From Microthyrium microscopicum (taxonomy: Eukaryota), in assembly GCA_010405405.1 (NCBI GenBank), contig MU004233.1, positions 1,625,122 through 1,689,121 on the forward strand: a stretch of DNA of 64,000 bases, in the 5' to 3' direction. A program made the position numbers and the translations under genes. Under the pieces are notes generated by a model. It worked only from the letters and a program-made list of their open reading frames with translations, did not search any database and was not told the origin of the DNA. Shown one piece after another: positions 37,523 to 48,476 of this stretch (its first letter is position 1; each line of letters opens with the position of its first letter).

Positions 37523-37674
37523 TTACCGAAAACTTCTGTTGAAAAGTGACATGCTAGCGTGGTTTTCTAGCGACGTTTTGTCCCTAAGCAATAGCGGGAA
37601 TCCCCTAAATAAGCAGCGCCCCCTGCAAGAAAAACCACGCTAGCATGTCACTTTTCAACAGAAGTTTTCGGTAA
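37523..37674. repeat. Perfect inverted repeat (44-bp arms, 64-bp spacer); possible TA-flanked MITE 37526-37671
   Basis: TTACCGAAAACTTCTGTTGAAAAGTGACATGCTAGCGTGGTTTT (37523-37566) is the exact reverse complement of 37631-37674. Confidence 0.92.
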
Positions 37675-37938
37675 AGGGCGACTGCGATCTTTTGTAAGGC
37701 GAAATCATGCACACAAGAGTATTCGCAATTGCATGGGTGCGCATCGTTATCTGTGCGAGCCGCATAGTTTGGAGGATTGGCTAAATATGGACTTAGCTAG
37801 GTCTAGGATGGTTTAAATGCTCGGACGTTCGCAGCTTCGCTTTCGATGTAGCTTTTTTTGGTCCTTCTTTCACGACCGACGACTTTATCAACAGCTTCTG
37901 TCTTGGGCGCACCAGGCTGAGCTGGCAGATTTGCGAGA

Positions 37939-39671
37939 ATGGCGTCCTATTTGAAAAAGCTGGGGATATCCAAACGATCGACACCGCGGAATACTGGGCC
38001 GTCATCGCCTATATATGACGATGCGACCAAACAAGCGCGTGGTACAGAGATATACGAATCAGATAAACAATGGACGTCCAATGTAGAACCGGAGGCAGAC
38101 AAGATTGTCAAGCCTGGAGAACTAAGCTTTGAAGAAGGTAGGCCTTACTAGCACAAACAGACCTCTGGCTCTACCATTCCCTTATACTAAGAAGACGTTC
38201 AGATACCAGTGGTGGACTGGGGAGGCACCTGGGGCTCTTCAGCACGACGTTCTTGATTATCGGCCGAATCATCGGTACAGGTATTTTCAGTACTCCATCC
38301 AGCATAACAGCTTCAGTAGGCTCGGTTGGCGCTGCACTGATGATGTGGGTGTTGGGCTTAATACTATCATTTGCTGGATTGTTCGTCTGGCTCGAGTTTG
38401 GAACCATGTTTCCCAGATCCGGAGGCGAAAAGGTGTATCTCGAGGCCGTATACCAACGTCCGAAGCTTCTTGCGACGGTTATATTCAGCACGCAAGCTAT
38501 TCTGCTAGGATTTACTGCCAGTGGATGCATTGTATTTGCGTCTAACATCATCGTCGCGGCCGATCATACCAGTAGTGCATGGACACAACGTGGAATTGCC
38601 GTAGCCGTAATCTTTTGGGTTACGGCTATCCATACCTTCACACCGAAGCTTGGTGTCTGGATTATGAATGCTTTGGGAAGCATCAAAGTTATCATTCTCT
38701 TATTCATCGTCATCACTGGCTTTGTGGTCCTTGGTGGCCATGTCAAGAGTGTACCAGACCCGCATGCTTCCTTCAGAAATGGGTTCGCAGGATCCGTACA
38801 TAGCAGCGGTCCCTATGCTACCGCACTTTTCAAAGTCTTGAACAGCTACTCAGGATGGAGTAACGCTGCGTATGTGCTAAACGAAGTCAAACGTCCAGTA
38901 CACACCCTAAAGATTGCTGGACCCTTAGGATTGGGTATTTGCGGCGCACTCTACATTCTTGCCAACATTGCCTATTTCTCTGTCGCCACGCCAAAAGAGA
39001 TTTCAGCTTCTGGAATCACCGTGGCTTCTTTCTTTGTCAAAAGAGTGTTTGGACACACCGCACAAAGAGTCATATCCGCCTTTGTTGCACTCAGCGCTCT
39101 TGGAAATGTCATGACTATTACGTTTGCCCAATCCCGTGTCAATCAAGAACTAGCGAAGGAAGGAGTCGTTCCATTTGGCAGATTCTGGGCAAGCTCTTGG
39201 CCGGCTGGCAGTCCATCTGCGGGTCTACTTCTCCACTTGATCCCAAGTTTGATCGTCATTGTAGCAATTCCTGCCGGCGACGCATACAATTTCATCCTTG
39301 ACGTGGAAGGCTACCCAAGCACAATCATCAATGTCTTTGTTGTTGTTGGGCTCTTTATCCTTCGCTGGAAAGCTCCACATATTCCACGCCCGTTCAAAGT
39401 TTGGCTTCCAATACCTTTCTTTTTCCTGGTTGCGCAGTGTTTCCTGCTGGTGGATCCGTTCATCAGACCTCCAGGCGGGAAGGGCGACACGAGCCTTCCT
39501 TACTGGTTATATCCTATTGTTGGTATAGTGGTCTTGATTGGCGGTGTGATTTACTGGACCCTCTGGCGAGTCGTTTATCCAAAGGTCGGGAAATTCTCAT
39601 GGGTCGAGCGGAAAGAAGCGCTGTCGGACGGGACTGTCATCAAACGTTTCGTCAAAGACAAGAACATATGA
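37939..39671 (+). CDS. High-affinity methionine permease-like APC/LAT transporter (Mup1-like); intron at about 38138-38203
   Basis: GGLGRHLGLFSTTFLIIGRIIGTGIFSTPSSI, LEFGTMFPRSGGEKVYLEAVY.RP, YSGWSNAAYVLNEVK.P, SRVNQELAKEG; many TM segments. Confidence 0.9.
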
Positions 39672-40243
39672 TAGGCCTTTGGAAGTCATGTTCAACAGAC
39701 CAAACGTGCGGTACTTTCCCAGCCAATGCATCGGTGCCTAATGTTGCAGAACTACATCACAGTTTCGTGACTTCGACAAACAAGCTACGGCATTATTTAT
39801 TTGCTATAGTATATGTTGGATGCAGTTGTTCCGATGGAAAGTTTTACCTCCGTCAAGCGCAGGGAACTATCAATAAACCTCCTTTCACCAGCTCTTAGCC
39901 TTGATCAAATCCGGTGGAGCCTATCCGCTCTCTTAAGTTATCTTTTGAGGACGTCATACTCCGATACCCCTCACAAGAGTTGAGGTGAAGACAACCCTCA
40001 CATATGTTAGCGTCAGCGAGGTGCGAAAGCTTCACCACAAGCACGATTTTGCCACTCGGAACATCTTACGGTGGAAGGATACACCACGCGCCATCACTTG
40101 ACCTTGCTTGCTATATTTTACATGACCACGCTGCCGATCATCTGTTTCACAACCACGCTTCACGACTTATTTCAGCCGCACAATCAACAAGTCCAAGTCC
40201 ACGCGTTACCGGAAAATTCTTTCTTCGCCTAGTTGATTACAAG

Positions 40244-41341
40244 ATGTCTGTCCATGATGGGCGCGGCTCTTTTCTTCGCAAGTTGCCCATGGAACTTCGG
40301 TTAATGGTCTATGAGAATCTCCTTGTGGACCCAGCGTCGCCTCATATCTACTACGCCGTCAAAATATCCAGAAACGAAAGCAGAAAACGTATATACACCA
40401 ATGAAGCGATCTATGTCTCACGAAATCCACGCCATGCGATGACAAAGGTGTACGTCAACATCCTTCAGACTTGCAAGCAGATCTACGGGGAGGCGCATCC
40501 GATTTTATACTCCAGCAACACATTCGAACTCCGCTGTCAACATGTGAATTCAAGCCCAAGCGTTTGGGCAGCCAAATCGATGGATCGCATTTACCCACAA
40601 CCGCTCTCCTCAGTCAGCACAAACCTCATCACTCGCTTGGAAGTCGTTGTAGACTCATTTATGTCTATAGCGGCTGCTGAAATGATAGTCAACCTATTTC
40701 CGGCCCTTCGATCACTTCGGCCCATATCTCGAACCCTTGGCTCTTTCCACTACCCTATAAGCCGACACCAGTCAGACATTCTTCGAGAGTTCACCAAGTT
40801 TACCCACGTAACAGTGGCTTGCACTATTGTCTTTGGATTCCACGACGGTTCTCCTAGTGACCTCGATCTCAACGCAATGAAGTCGCGTTGGCTTTCCGAG
40901 CACGTCGAATACAACGATCCAGAAAATCTACAAAACCAGATCGACCCTGTTTTAGGATCATTGGGCTACGATGCACCAGTCATTCCACGCTGTCGTTATT
41001 ATATTCCTCATTTTGGACCACATCGAGAAATAATGCAGCATATTGAGCAGGCTTTGAAACGACGCGACTGTCCTGAAGACGTTCCCATGGCGTGGTCCTT
41101 CCGCACTGTAACCAAGTTCAACGCTTTATGTTTCATCGCTGTAGATCTGAAAACCAACAAGCGACAGGACCATATCCCTTGCGAAATAGTGGGCCCTTTT
41201 GGGGCGACATCGCGAAACGAAGGCATTGACGAGGAAGCTGAGTCCCTAAGCCAGGAACAAAAGGATGAAGAACTACCTCGCGCCTTACGGCAACTGGCAT
41301 CCATTACTACATATTCCAGCTGCGGCTTCGTGGGACATTGA
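40244..41341 (+). CDS. F-box-like family member 3 (intronless)
   Basis: FLRKLPMELRLMVYENLLV, ILQTCKQIYGEAHPILYSSNTF, YYIPHFGPH, PMAWSFRT, HIPCEIVGPFG. Start placed at MSVHD by alignment with paralogues. Confidence 0.85.
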   Translation: MSVHDGRGSFLRKLPMELRLMVYENLLVDPASPHIYYAVKISRNESRKRIYTNEAIYVSRNPRHAMTKVYVNILQTCKQIYGEAHPILYSSNTFELRCQHVNSSPSVWAAKSMDRIYPQPLSSVSTNLITRLEVVVDSFMSIAAAEMIVNLFPALRSLRPISRTLGSFHYPISRHQSDILREFTKFTHVTVACTIVFGFHDGSPSDLDLNAMKSRWLSEHVEYNDPENLQNQIDPVLGSLGYDAPVIPRCRYYIPHFGPHREIMQHIEQALKRRDCPEDVPMAWSFRTVTKFNALCFIAVDLKTNKRQDHIPCEIVGPFGATSRNEGIDEEAESLSQEQKDEELPRALRQLASITTYSSCGFVGH

Positions 41342-41956
41342 TCAATTGTTTCCTCATCCCTGAATGCTTGGATATCATAGCCAGCTAGCGATATCAAAAT
41401 CAAAACAACATTGAAATGTAAAGTCGATTCTTTTATCTCGATAAGTAATTATAGAGTCTGCCTTTTTCCACGGGCCAATGTGATACATTGTCTCTACTGA
41501 GTGGAACCTCAGATTGAGAGGTGACCTTTCTCCTGAGGACATCCATCGCCAGACAGAAACTGGAAATCCAGTGGCGTTATCGTTGCTCCTGATATGGCTC
41601 ACTGCTTACTCGGTACTCACGTTAAGAGCAACTTCTTTTCATAGATTTCAAGTATTCCCACTTCTGGTCTCAGGTTGACACCGGCAATGGTTTCCATAAT
41701 CAGCTTGCCAATAGCTACATGTAGGGAGGTCAACAGTCGTGACAGTGACTACTTGCTACCTAAGTACTTTCAACCTCGAGGTGGGCTAAGTCACTACGCG
41801 TGTTCACTGTTGACTAGCTCAACGCGTATATAATCTATCCGCCAGTATCCTGTTCTCCTCGGTTTCCAAGCTCTTCTTCGAAACTTTCTCCATCGCGTTA
41901 CCAACAGACTACAACCTGCAAAAACGTTACCCTTCCCATTTCAATCCCTTCCAATC

Positions 41957-42913
41957 ATGTCTCTTCAAAATAGCTCACCCAACAACTTTTTGAAAAAGCT
42001 TCCTCTAGAGCTTCGGTTCATGGTTTACAAGCATCTTCTTGTGAGCAAAGTTTCTCCCAAGGTTGGCTTTAACAGCCCCATAGATCAACAACCTGGAAAA
42101 ATTCGGTTTTTCATCAACAAAGATCAAACGAGCTCAATCCTGAATATAGATCATAGTATCCTTCGTACCTGCAAGCAAGTTTATCATGAAGCAATCGGAA
42201 TCTTGTATTCCGGCAATACTTTCACCATTGGCTCTGCACGAACTGTTCTTGCGAATACAGGACCAACCAAGAGCTACATACTACCTTCCCATAACACAAA
42301 TCGCATTACGCGTGTCAAAGTCGTAGTCGGCCAATTCCATTGGACTTGCTTCGAGCATCTGCCCTCCGTCCGATTTGTTCGACCAATATCATCACTCCGA
42401 GATGAGCATATCCGCATACGGCGGTACGAACTCGCTGCGTCATTGCTTCAAAAAATCATCAGCAGCCATGATATGAACGTGGCCTGCTCATTTGGCTTCA
42501 GCTTTCGCGAAGGCTACTGGGGCGACAGTGCCCTGGAAGCTCTAACAAAAGACTGGATCGAAGAATATATCCAGTTCAAAAACCCTGTTGTCAAAGAGTA
42601 TATCAGTCCTCTTAATCCTGCTATCTGGCACTGGCACTATGCCTACATTCCCACCTTGGAACCTCACCGAAAAATCATGGAGCACGTGCTGGAAGCTTTG
42701 CAAAAGAATGGATATCAACAGGACGTTCCCTTGGCCTGGTCGTTCCGTACCGTGACTTCAGACCATGATCCGCCCTTCATTGTAGTGGATTTGGTCACAA
42801 ACAAACGACGAGGCCACATTCCATGCAAGATCATTGGCACTGCCTGTGGAACGTCAAAAGTGGAGAGCGTTGACGAGGAAACAGAGTTCGGCGCTATTGA
42901 GGGAATGGATTGA
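41957..42913 (+). CDS. F-box-like family member 4 (intronless)
   Basis: FLKKLPLELRFMVYKHLLV, ILRTCKQVYHEAIGILYSGNTF, YIPTLEPH, PLAWSFRTVTSD, HIPCKIIG. Confidence 0.85.
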   Translation: MSLQNSSPNNFLKKLPLELRFMVYKHLLVSKVSPKVGFNSPIDQQPGKIRFFINKDQTSSILNIDHSILRTCKQVYHEAIGILYSGNTFTIGSARTVLANTGPTKSYILPSHNTNRITRVKVVVGQFHWTCFEHLPSVRFVRPISSLRDEHIRIRRYELAASLLQKIISSHDMNVACSFGFSFREGYWGDSALEALTKDWIEEYIQFKNPVVKEYISPLNPAIWHWHYAYIPTLEPHRKIMEHVLEALQKNGYQQDVPLAWSFRTVTSDHDPPFIVVDLVTNKRRGHIPCKIIGTACGTSKVESVDEETEFGAIEGMD

Positions 42914-43660
42914 TTGTCTGGCCGGTGTTGGAGGTCAAGGTGGTTTCGCTTCAGAACGATAGCCACTACAGAACATGATAACTGCTATAGACTGACTTGG
43001 ACTTCGAGGATATTCTTGTCAACAGGTAGCGTATTATCCACCTTGCTCACATGCTTCAGCAAATTGATGCCGATATAGTTCCAACGAATAAACGACACTT
43101 CGTTATCTGCTCTCCGGAATTAACAGTGGAATTTCCTTTCGTCTCAACTATGATATATACCGTGACCACTTCACTGCCACCAAGTGAGTAAATCGTGAGA
43201 AATTCGGTCGTCCCCATCACACTCGATGGCTGCCATGGTAACTTGGGCATAGAAAGCGCGGGCGTGATTCGACATTGTCCTTATACGCTCTACTAGCATT
43301 TTCTTTAAGTCTCTCCAAATCAGTGTCGCTATTTCAGAGGAATCGCAAGCTATGGAACGGTCAAGAACTGATACAGCAAAGACGACTTATCGATACAATC
43401 TGTCTCCGTCGCGCCTTAAGCCTGTTGATAAATTCTAGGTGACAAAGCGATACATTTCGGTACCTACCTTCTAGGTAGTGATCAAGTTCCAGCAAGGTGC
43501 AAGAGTTTTCACTGGCGCGGTTAGACTCCTGACCAAGGTTTTGAAGCGACAATAGTCACTCATCTGTTTCACTTCCTTCTGCGCTTTGATTTCTTGATGC
43601 TTATATACTCTTTACAGCCCGAGCAACTCCTGTCTTCCTACTTGGTTCTGTCTCCATCTC

Positions 43661-43702
43661 CCAACTTCCAACTCCCAACTTCCAACTACCAACTACCAAC
43701 TC
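43661..43702 (+). repeat. Heptamer tandem repeat (CCAACTN)6 upstream of family member 5
   Basis: CCAACTT CCAACTC CCAACTT CCAACTA CCAACTA CCAACTC. Confidence 0.85.
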
Positions 43703-43782
43703 CAAATTCACAACCGGACCAGTAACGAGTCTAACTACAAGCACCGTCAACACAACTCTCACTTTGTTCAAAAATCGATATC

Positions 43783-44799
43783 ATGTCTCTCCACACTGGT
43801 TCCACTGGGCTCTTTAAACTGCCTCTAGAACTCCGAACGATAGTTTATAATTTCCTTCTCATTGGGACGCAATCACCTCACGTCAACCTTTTCTATTGTC
43901 TTGCAGCTGATCGCGCGCCAACTCAAAACACGACAATGCGCCTCTTCCTTTCTTCTAGCCCACTTCACCCGAAGTTCAATGCAGAAGTGAGCATCCTTCG
44001 GACTTGCAAGCAAGTCCACGAGGAGGCGACCCCTATTCTATATCAAAAGAACACCTTCACCGTTTCTCTACAGCGAACATACCAAAGACACCCGCCCATG
44101 TGGACTCCAGCTTCATGGATACATAGAGATATCAACTTACTGACTCTAGCCTCTTATCACGCAAAGCTGTTCACTCGCATCAAAGTCTTCATGGATGAAA
44201 TGACTGGTCTTGTTCCCGACACGATTATGATGCTTTTCCCAGCTCTCCGCTTCATTCATCCAATCTCAAAGTTCTCTGACGGGCATCTTCGCCTACGCTC
44301 ACGGGAAATTGGTGCTTATGCTCTACACAAATTCAGCACGTCTCCCAACTTGAAGTTGACTTGTTCTTTCGGATTCAACTGGGCTGAGCATTGCTCTGGA
44401 GATGAAGGACTTACTGCCGACAAGGAGCGCTGGTTCTCCCAAATTATCGAATACAAGAAAGAGAGCAACGGTGTTGTTTGGGACCGGCTTGATGATGGTT
44501 CGTATCAAGAGCGCGTTGTGAATCGCTGGTATATTCCGCACTTTGGGCCTCACCGCGAGCTCATGAAGCGTGTGAAGAATGCTCTCAAAGAACAGGGCTT
44601 TGACCAAAACATCCCTTTGGCGTGGAAATTTCGTACCATCACTTCTGATGAGAAACCCCTGTTCTTGGTGATTGATTTGGAGATGAAGAAGCGCCAGAAC
44701 TACATTCCTTGCGAGATAGTTGGAGCTTTTGGGGAGATATCACGCGTTGAAGGTCTTGATGAAGAGCCAGAGATGGACAGCCATGGATTAACAGGATGA
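43783..44799 (+). CDS. F-box-like family member 5 (intronless)
   Basis: LFKLPLELRTIVYNFLLI, ILRTCKQVHEEATPILYQKNTF, WYIPHFGPH, PLAWKFRTITSD, YIPCEIVGAFG..SRVEGLDEE. Confidence 0.85.
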   Translation: MSLHTGSTGLFKLPLELRTIVYNFLLIGTQSPHVNLFYCLAADRAPTQNTTMRLFLSSSPLHPKFNAEVSILRTCKQVHEEATPILYQKNTFTVSLQRTYQRHPPMWTPASWIHRDINLLTLASYHAKLFTRIKVFMDEMTGLVPDTIMMLFPALRFIHPISKFSDGHLRLRSREIGAYALHKFSTSPNLKLTCSFGFNWAEHCSGDEGLTADKERWFSQIIEYKKESNGVVWDRLDDGSYQERVVNRWYIPHFGPHRELMKRVKNALKEQGFDQNIPLAWKFRTITSDEKPLFLVIDLEMKKRQNYIPCEIVGAFGEISRVEGLDEEPEMDSHGLTG

Positions 44800-45459
44800 T
44801 TGGCATCCTCCTTTGTCTTCAGTCACCAACTGGTCTCTGTCCCACGAAGAACTTATATCTTGGAGTGCTAAAAGCACCGTAGCAAGCAAAGGAATCCGTC
44901 CATTTGACGATTCCGGCATTGACAGGGAAATAACATAGTTAGTTCATAAGCCATTTTCCCTGGACCAATGCGACGACTTCACTTTCGGGATTCATGCGAT
45001 CGACCTTAACATACGGAATCTAGGGGCTTAAGTGGTACTTCATTGGATTGTGAAGTAGCTTTGGAAATGTGTATAATATAAGACAGTCGCAGTGGCAACT
45101 ATATCATTGTCATTCTTTCCTTTTTCAACGTCCCAATTCAGTCAATGGTGACTTGTGACTTCCCGTGCTATGTGTACCTACTCCTTCTGAACGAAGTAAG
45201 CTTGCTCCCTCCCTCGGATGCTATTTCTCATCCGCGACTACCAAAAGCAAGATCTTTTGCCAGGCAATGGTTGGGGCAAAAAGAATATAATTCACCCATT
45301 GATGCGGTATATTCAAATTCCATATCCATAGAACTTTCGCAGCTCCACACCACTTGAATTTACTACAAGACCATACTACTACATCCACGGCCCCACAAAC
45401 ATCGCGTCGTAGCCTCGAATAAGACCCGATCGCGTCTCTCCAGCATTTCTCCTCACAAC

Positions 45460-46120
45460 ATGGCTCTTCACGATACTTTTTGTTCACCGTTTCTGCAAAA
45501 GCTTCCCCTGGAGCTTCGGCTCGACATATACGAGATGTTGCTGATCGACAAAGACTACAGCATCGGTCTAAACTTCTTCACTGACCGGTGGAGTTGTTAA
45601 GTTATCTGAGCGCGGGCAATTCAGTGAGATTCAAAAGTTCATGGAATTGCCGCAGGTGACAGAAGTGAGCTGCACCTTCAGCGAAGGAGCATTTGTCCAT
45701 GGCATTGATGGGAAGTATCACAGCCCTCCTTACAATGAGTGGATGAAAACTGCCCGGGAGTTCAGGAGTCGGAGCAGCTCTCCCATTCCACAACTCGAGC
45801 GAGAACCAGTTGAGGCGTCTTTGGTCACACGTCCGTGGGTCGAGAAGGGTCGACACTATGTGCCCCAGAACTTTGACCTGCATCGATCGCTCCTGGCGGT
45901 GCTACAAGACTATATGATGAGCTATCGATTCTTCGATACTATCCCTTTAGCATGGGAGTTCAGCACCATCACTTCAGACAACAACATTAACCCTGAAGTA
46001 AAACTCCACCTGGCACTCAATACTGAGCACAAAAATCATATCCCCTGCAACATCGTGGGTGACTTCGGAGTCATGTCAACAGTCCTGCCCCTGGACGTGG
46101 AATCAAACAGCACCAACTGA
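45460..46120 (+). pseudogene. F-box-like family member 6, internally deleted
   Basis: MALHDTFCSPFLQKLPLELRLDIYEMLLI...WSC* (stop at 45598-45600), followed almost immediately by the C-terminal half (YVPQNFDLH, PLAWEFSTITSD, HIPCNIVGDFG). The ILxTCKQ segment is missing. Confidence 0.8.
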
Positions 46121-46569
46121 TGCATGCGGTGCTCCTTGCAAACTAGTGAGATGAAGTCTCATGGATGGACGAAGGCGATCGCATAGCATAGCGTTTGAGT
46201 ACGGTGGCTGACTTGAAGAGCATTAACAGAAGATATCACAAGTCTAGTTGTCTTCGGTGGGAGTTATATACCCCCCCAAGGCTTTGATGGGACTTGGAGA
46301 AGGCCATCTCGTAAGGAATGGAAAAAACATTCCGGGCTCCGATATTATTAGGCAGAATTCAAAGCTATAAGACGATGAAGGACTACATGCAGTAAGGTGA
46401 GAGAAGGAGAAAGGAAACTTTTCACGTTGACGAGAAAAATGATCAAGTGCATGTTGCTCGGCTCTAAATAGTAATGAGGGAGTCTTTTTGACTCGAAGAT
46501 AAGTAAATTAGTTATAAAAGTACGCTCATACAAATTTTCTCTGTTCATATCAGAAGTCGAGCTCAGCAA

Positions 46570-47478
46570 TCACAGTTTGCTCAAAATATAATCCGCCATG
46601 ATCTGGTGAGTGCGTCCAGAAGGATGATACTCGTCCCAAAACACCATCTTATCAGGGTCAGAACACTGCGTGATATTCGCCGTCTCGCCATAAGCCCCAG
46701 TAAGACAACTTCCGTAAGCTCCTAAGGTCTTGAATCCATATTTGGTAGGCGTACCATAATAGTAGAAACTTCTATACAGTGGTAGGAAATCCACATATGT
46801 GAGTGAGCTCTCACTAGTCTTCCCGGCCAGTTGCTGTCGGAATCCGCTGGCAAGAAGAGAAAGCTGCTTTGGATAATCCTCCGAGAATTTGAGAAGCACT
46901 TCCTTAGTCACTGGATCGGCATAGGTGTCGTATGGGATCTGAGTAGCATCGTAGTAATGCAACAAGAGAATGTGCTGTGCTCCAGCATTGACTAGCTTCG
47001 TGAGACTGCCGCTCAGCGATGCTGCGATTTGTGCCGATGTCAAATTAGTGTTGAAAAAGATGTCGTTGAAACCGCCCAGTAAGGCAAACAGGGTAGTTTC
47101 GAAGGAGATGCTGGTGTTGTTTGTTTTCAGAAAGCTGTCCACTTGTTCTGCGATTCCAGGCACTGCAACGTCAGACTTTGCTCCTGTGTAGCCTTGCACT
47201 AGGACGTTGGATGTAGTCGCTCCGCCATATGCGTAGTCGTAGAGTGGGATTGAAAGATTACTGGCGACGTTCTCAGCCCAGACCGGACCATTGGAAAATC
47301 TGCCCTGGTCGTATACTGCTAGGGGCCAGGTGCCGTTGGTGATTGTGTATGAGCCGTTGCCATTGTCTGTGAATGAGTCTCCGAAGACGACAAGTGACGA
47401 GAACTTTGTAGTTGCAGCAGCCCAGGAAGTCGATGGGAGAATGATACCCACAAACAACGAAAAGCGTTTGAAAGTCAT
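46570..47478 (-). CDS. Secreted SGNH/GDSL hydrolase (CE16-like acetylesterase)
   Basis: Signal peptide, VFGDSFTD.G, GRFSNGPVW, YAYGGAT, G.ND, FWDEYHPS. Confidence 0.92.
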   Translation of the reverse strand: MTFKRFSLFVGIILPSTSWAAATTKFSSLVVFGDSFTDNGNGSYTITNGTWPLAVYDQGRFSNGPVWAENVASNLSIPLYDYAYGGATTSNVLVQGYTGAKSDVAVPGIAEQVDSFLKTNNTSISFETTLFALLGGFNDIFFNTNLTSAQIAASLSGSLTKLVNAGAQHILLLHYYDATQIPYDTYADPVTKEVLLKFSEDYPKQLSLLASGFRQQLAGKTSESSLTYVDFLPLYRSFYYYGTPTKYGFKTLGAYGSCLTGAYGETANITQCSDPDKMVFWDEYHPSGRTHQIMADYILSKL

Positions 47479-48476
47479 GATTCAACCGCCTGTAAAACTG
47501 CACGGAAGCAAGGGTTGATTTGTCGTTTGCAATCAATTTTGGAATAGGGCTGATTCTCTTTCTTTTCCGGACTGACCAAAAACTGTATGCGCTCAAGTCA
47601 AGAACGAAATACTCTGAGATCTGTGGTTCGGTTTGGGAAATGCGGAATGGAATCAATCTTGTCTTGCTCTGGTAACACGGTAGACATATATATAATCCAA
47701 GACTTGATGTAGCAAACACGTTCTTGCTTTGATGTTGTCGATCCACCGGGTCGTCGTACATGTTCTCATAAGCTGGAAAAGTGATCGACCAAACCCAGTC
47801 AGCACTAATGAAGTAAGTCGCGTTTAGGACCTAATCGGGTTGCTTACTTATCTAGGTACCTAGATATATATTTACACAAGCGTCTTCTGGCTTCATGACC
47901 GCCCATTTGAATCTACGAGTAAAGGCCTGACTCAGGAAAGTAGATATTTATTCCACCGTATCGTTGCAAAGCCGATTTCTCTACAGAAATACTGAGTTCT
48001 TCTGATTTTATTCCTTCGAAACAGTCACCTGTTGACAGAATCGTTCTCTTCCCTGGAAATGCTGCGCATTGGATGAATTTCCATAATCATCACGAAGGGG
48101 TTTTGGTGCGTGTGGTAAAAGATCCTGAGAACGCTCGTAAGGTCAAGCATAACGATTGCTTGGTAGATCACAACAATTGGTAGAAGCTTTTTGAAGCTGT
48201 TGTAAAGGTCCTTTCGTTTTCAATCGATATACTGACGTTGATTTTGATTGTTTTGACTGTGGTGGTAGACGACAAATGGCCAGTGACTTCCGAAAAGGAA
48301 GAGCAGCTTCTCATCGACCGGAACACGATATTCATCTTCCTTACAGTTAGTTTGATGTTCCTGGTGCTACGAAGGCAATAGCGCTCAGACCAGCATGTGC
48401 ATAACGTATGCCTGGCCAAAGATGACCCGCGATGCTGTTCGCTCGGAGCCGATGTCTCTCTACCAGGTTACCGGTA

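Noticed and set aside
40004..40243. 80-aa N-terminal extension of family member 3 in the ORF track
   Set aside because: All paralogues start a few residues before the LP.ELR motif, and the extension looks like promoter/5' UTR sequence.
47849..47866. 18-bp perfect palindrome TATCTAGGTACCTAGATA
   Set aside because: Low-complexity TAGGTA/TACCTA-type sequence recurs in intergenic regions of this window; no other support.
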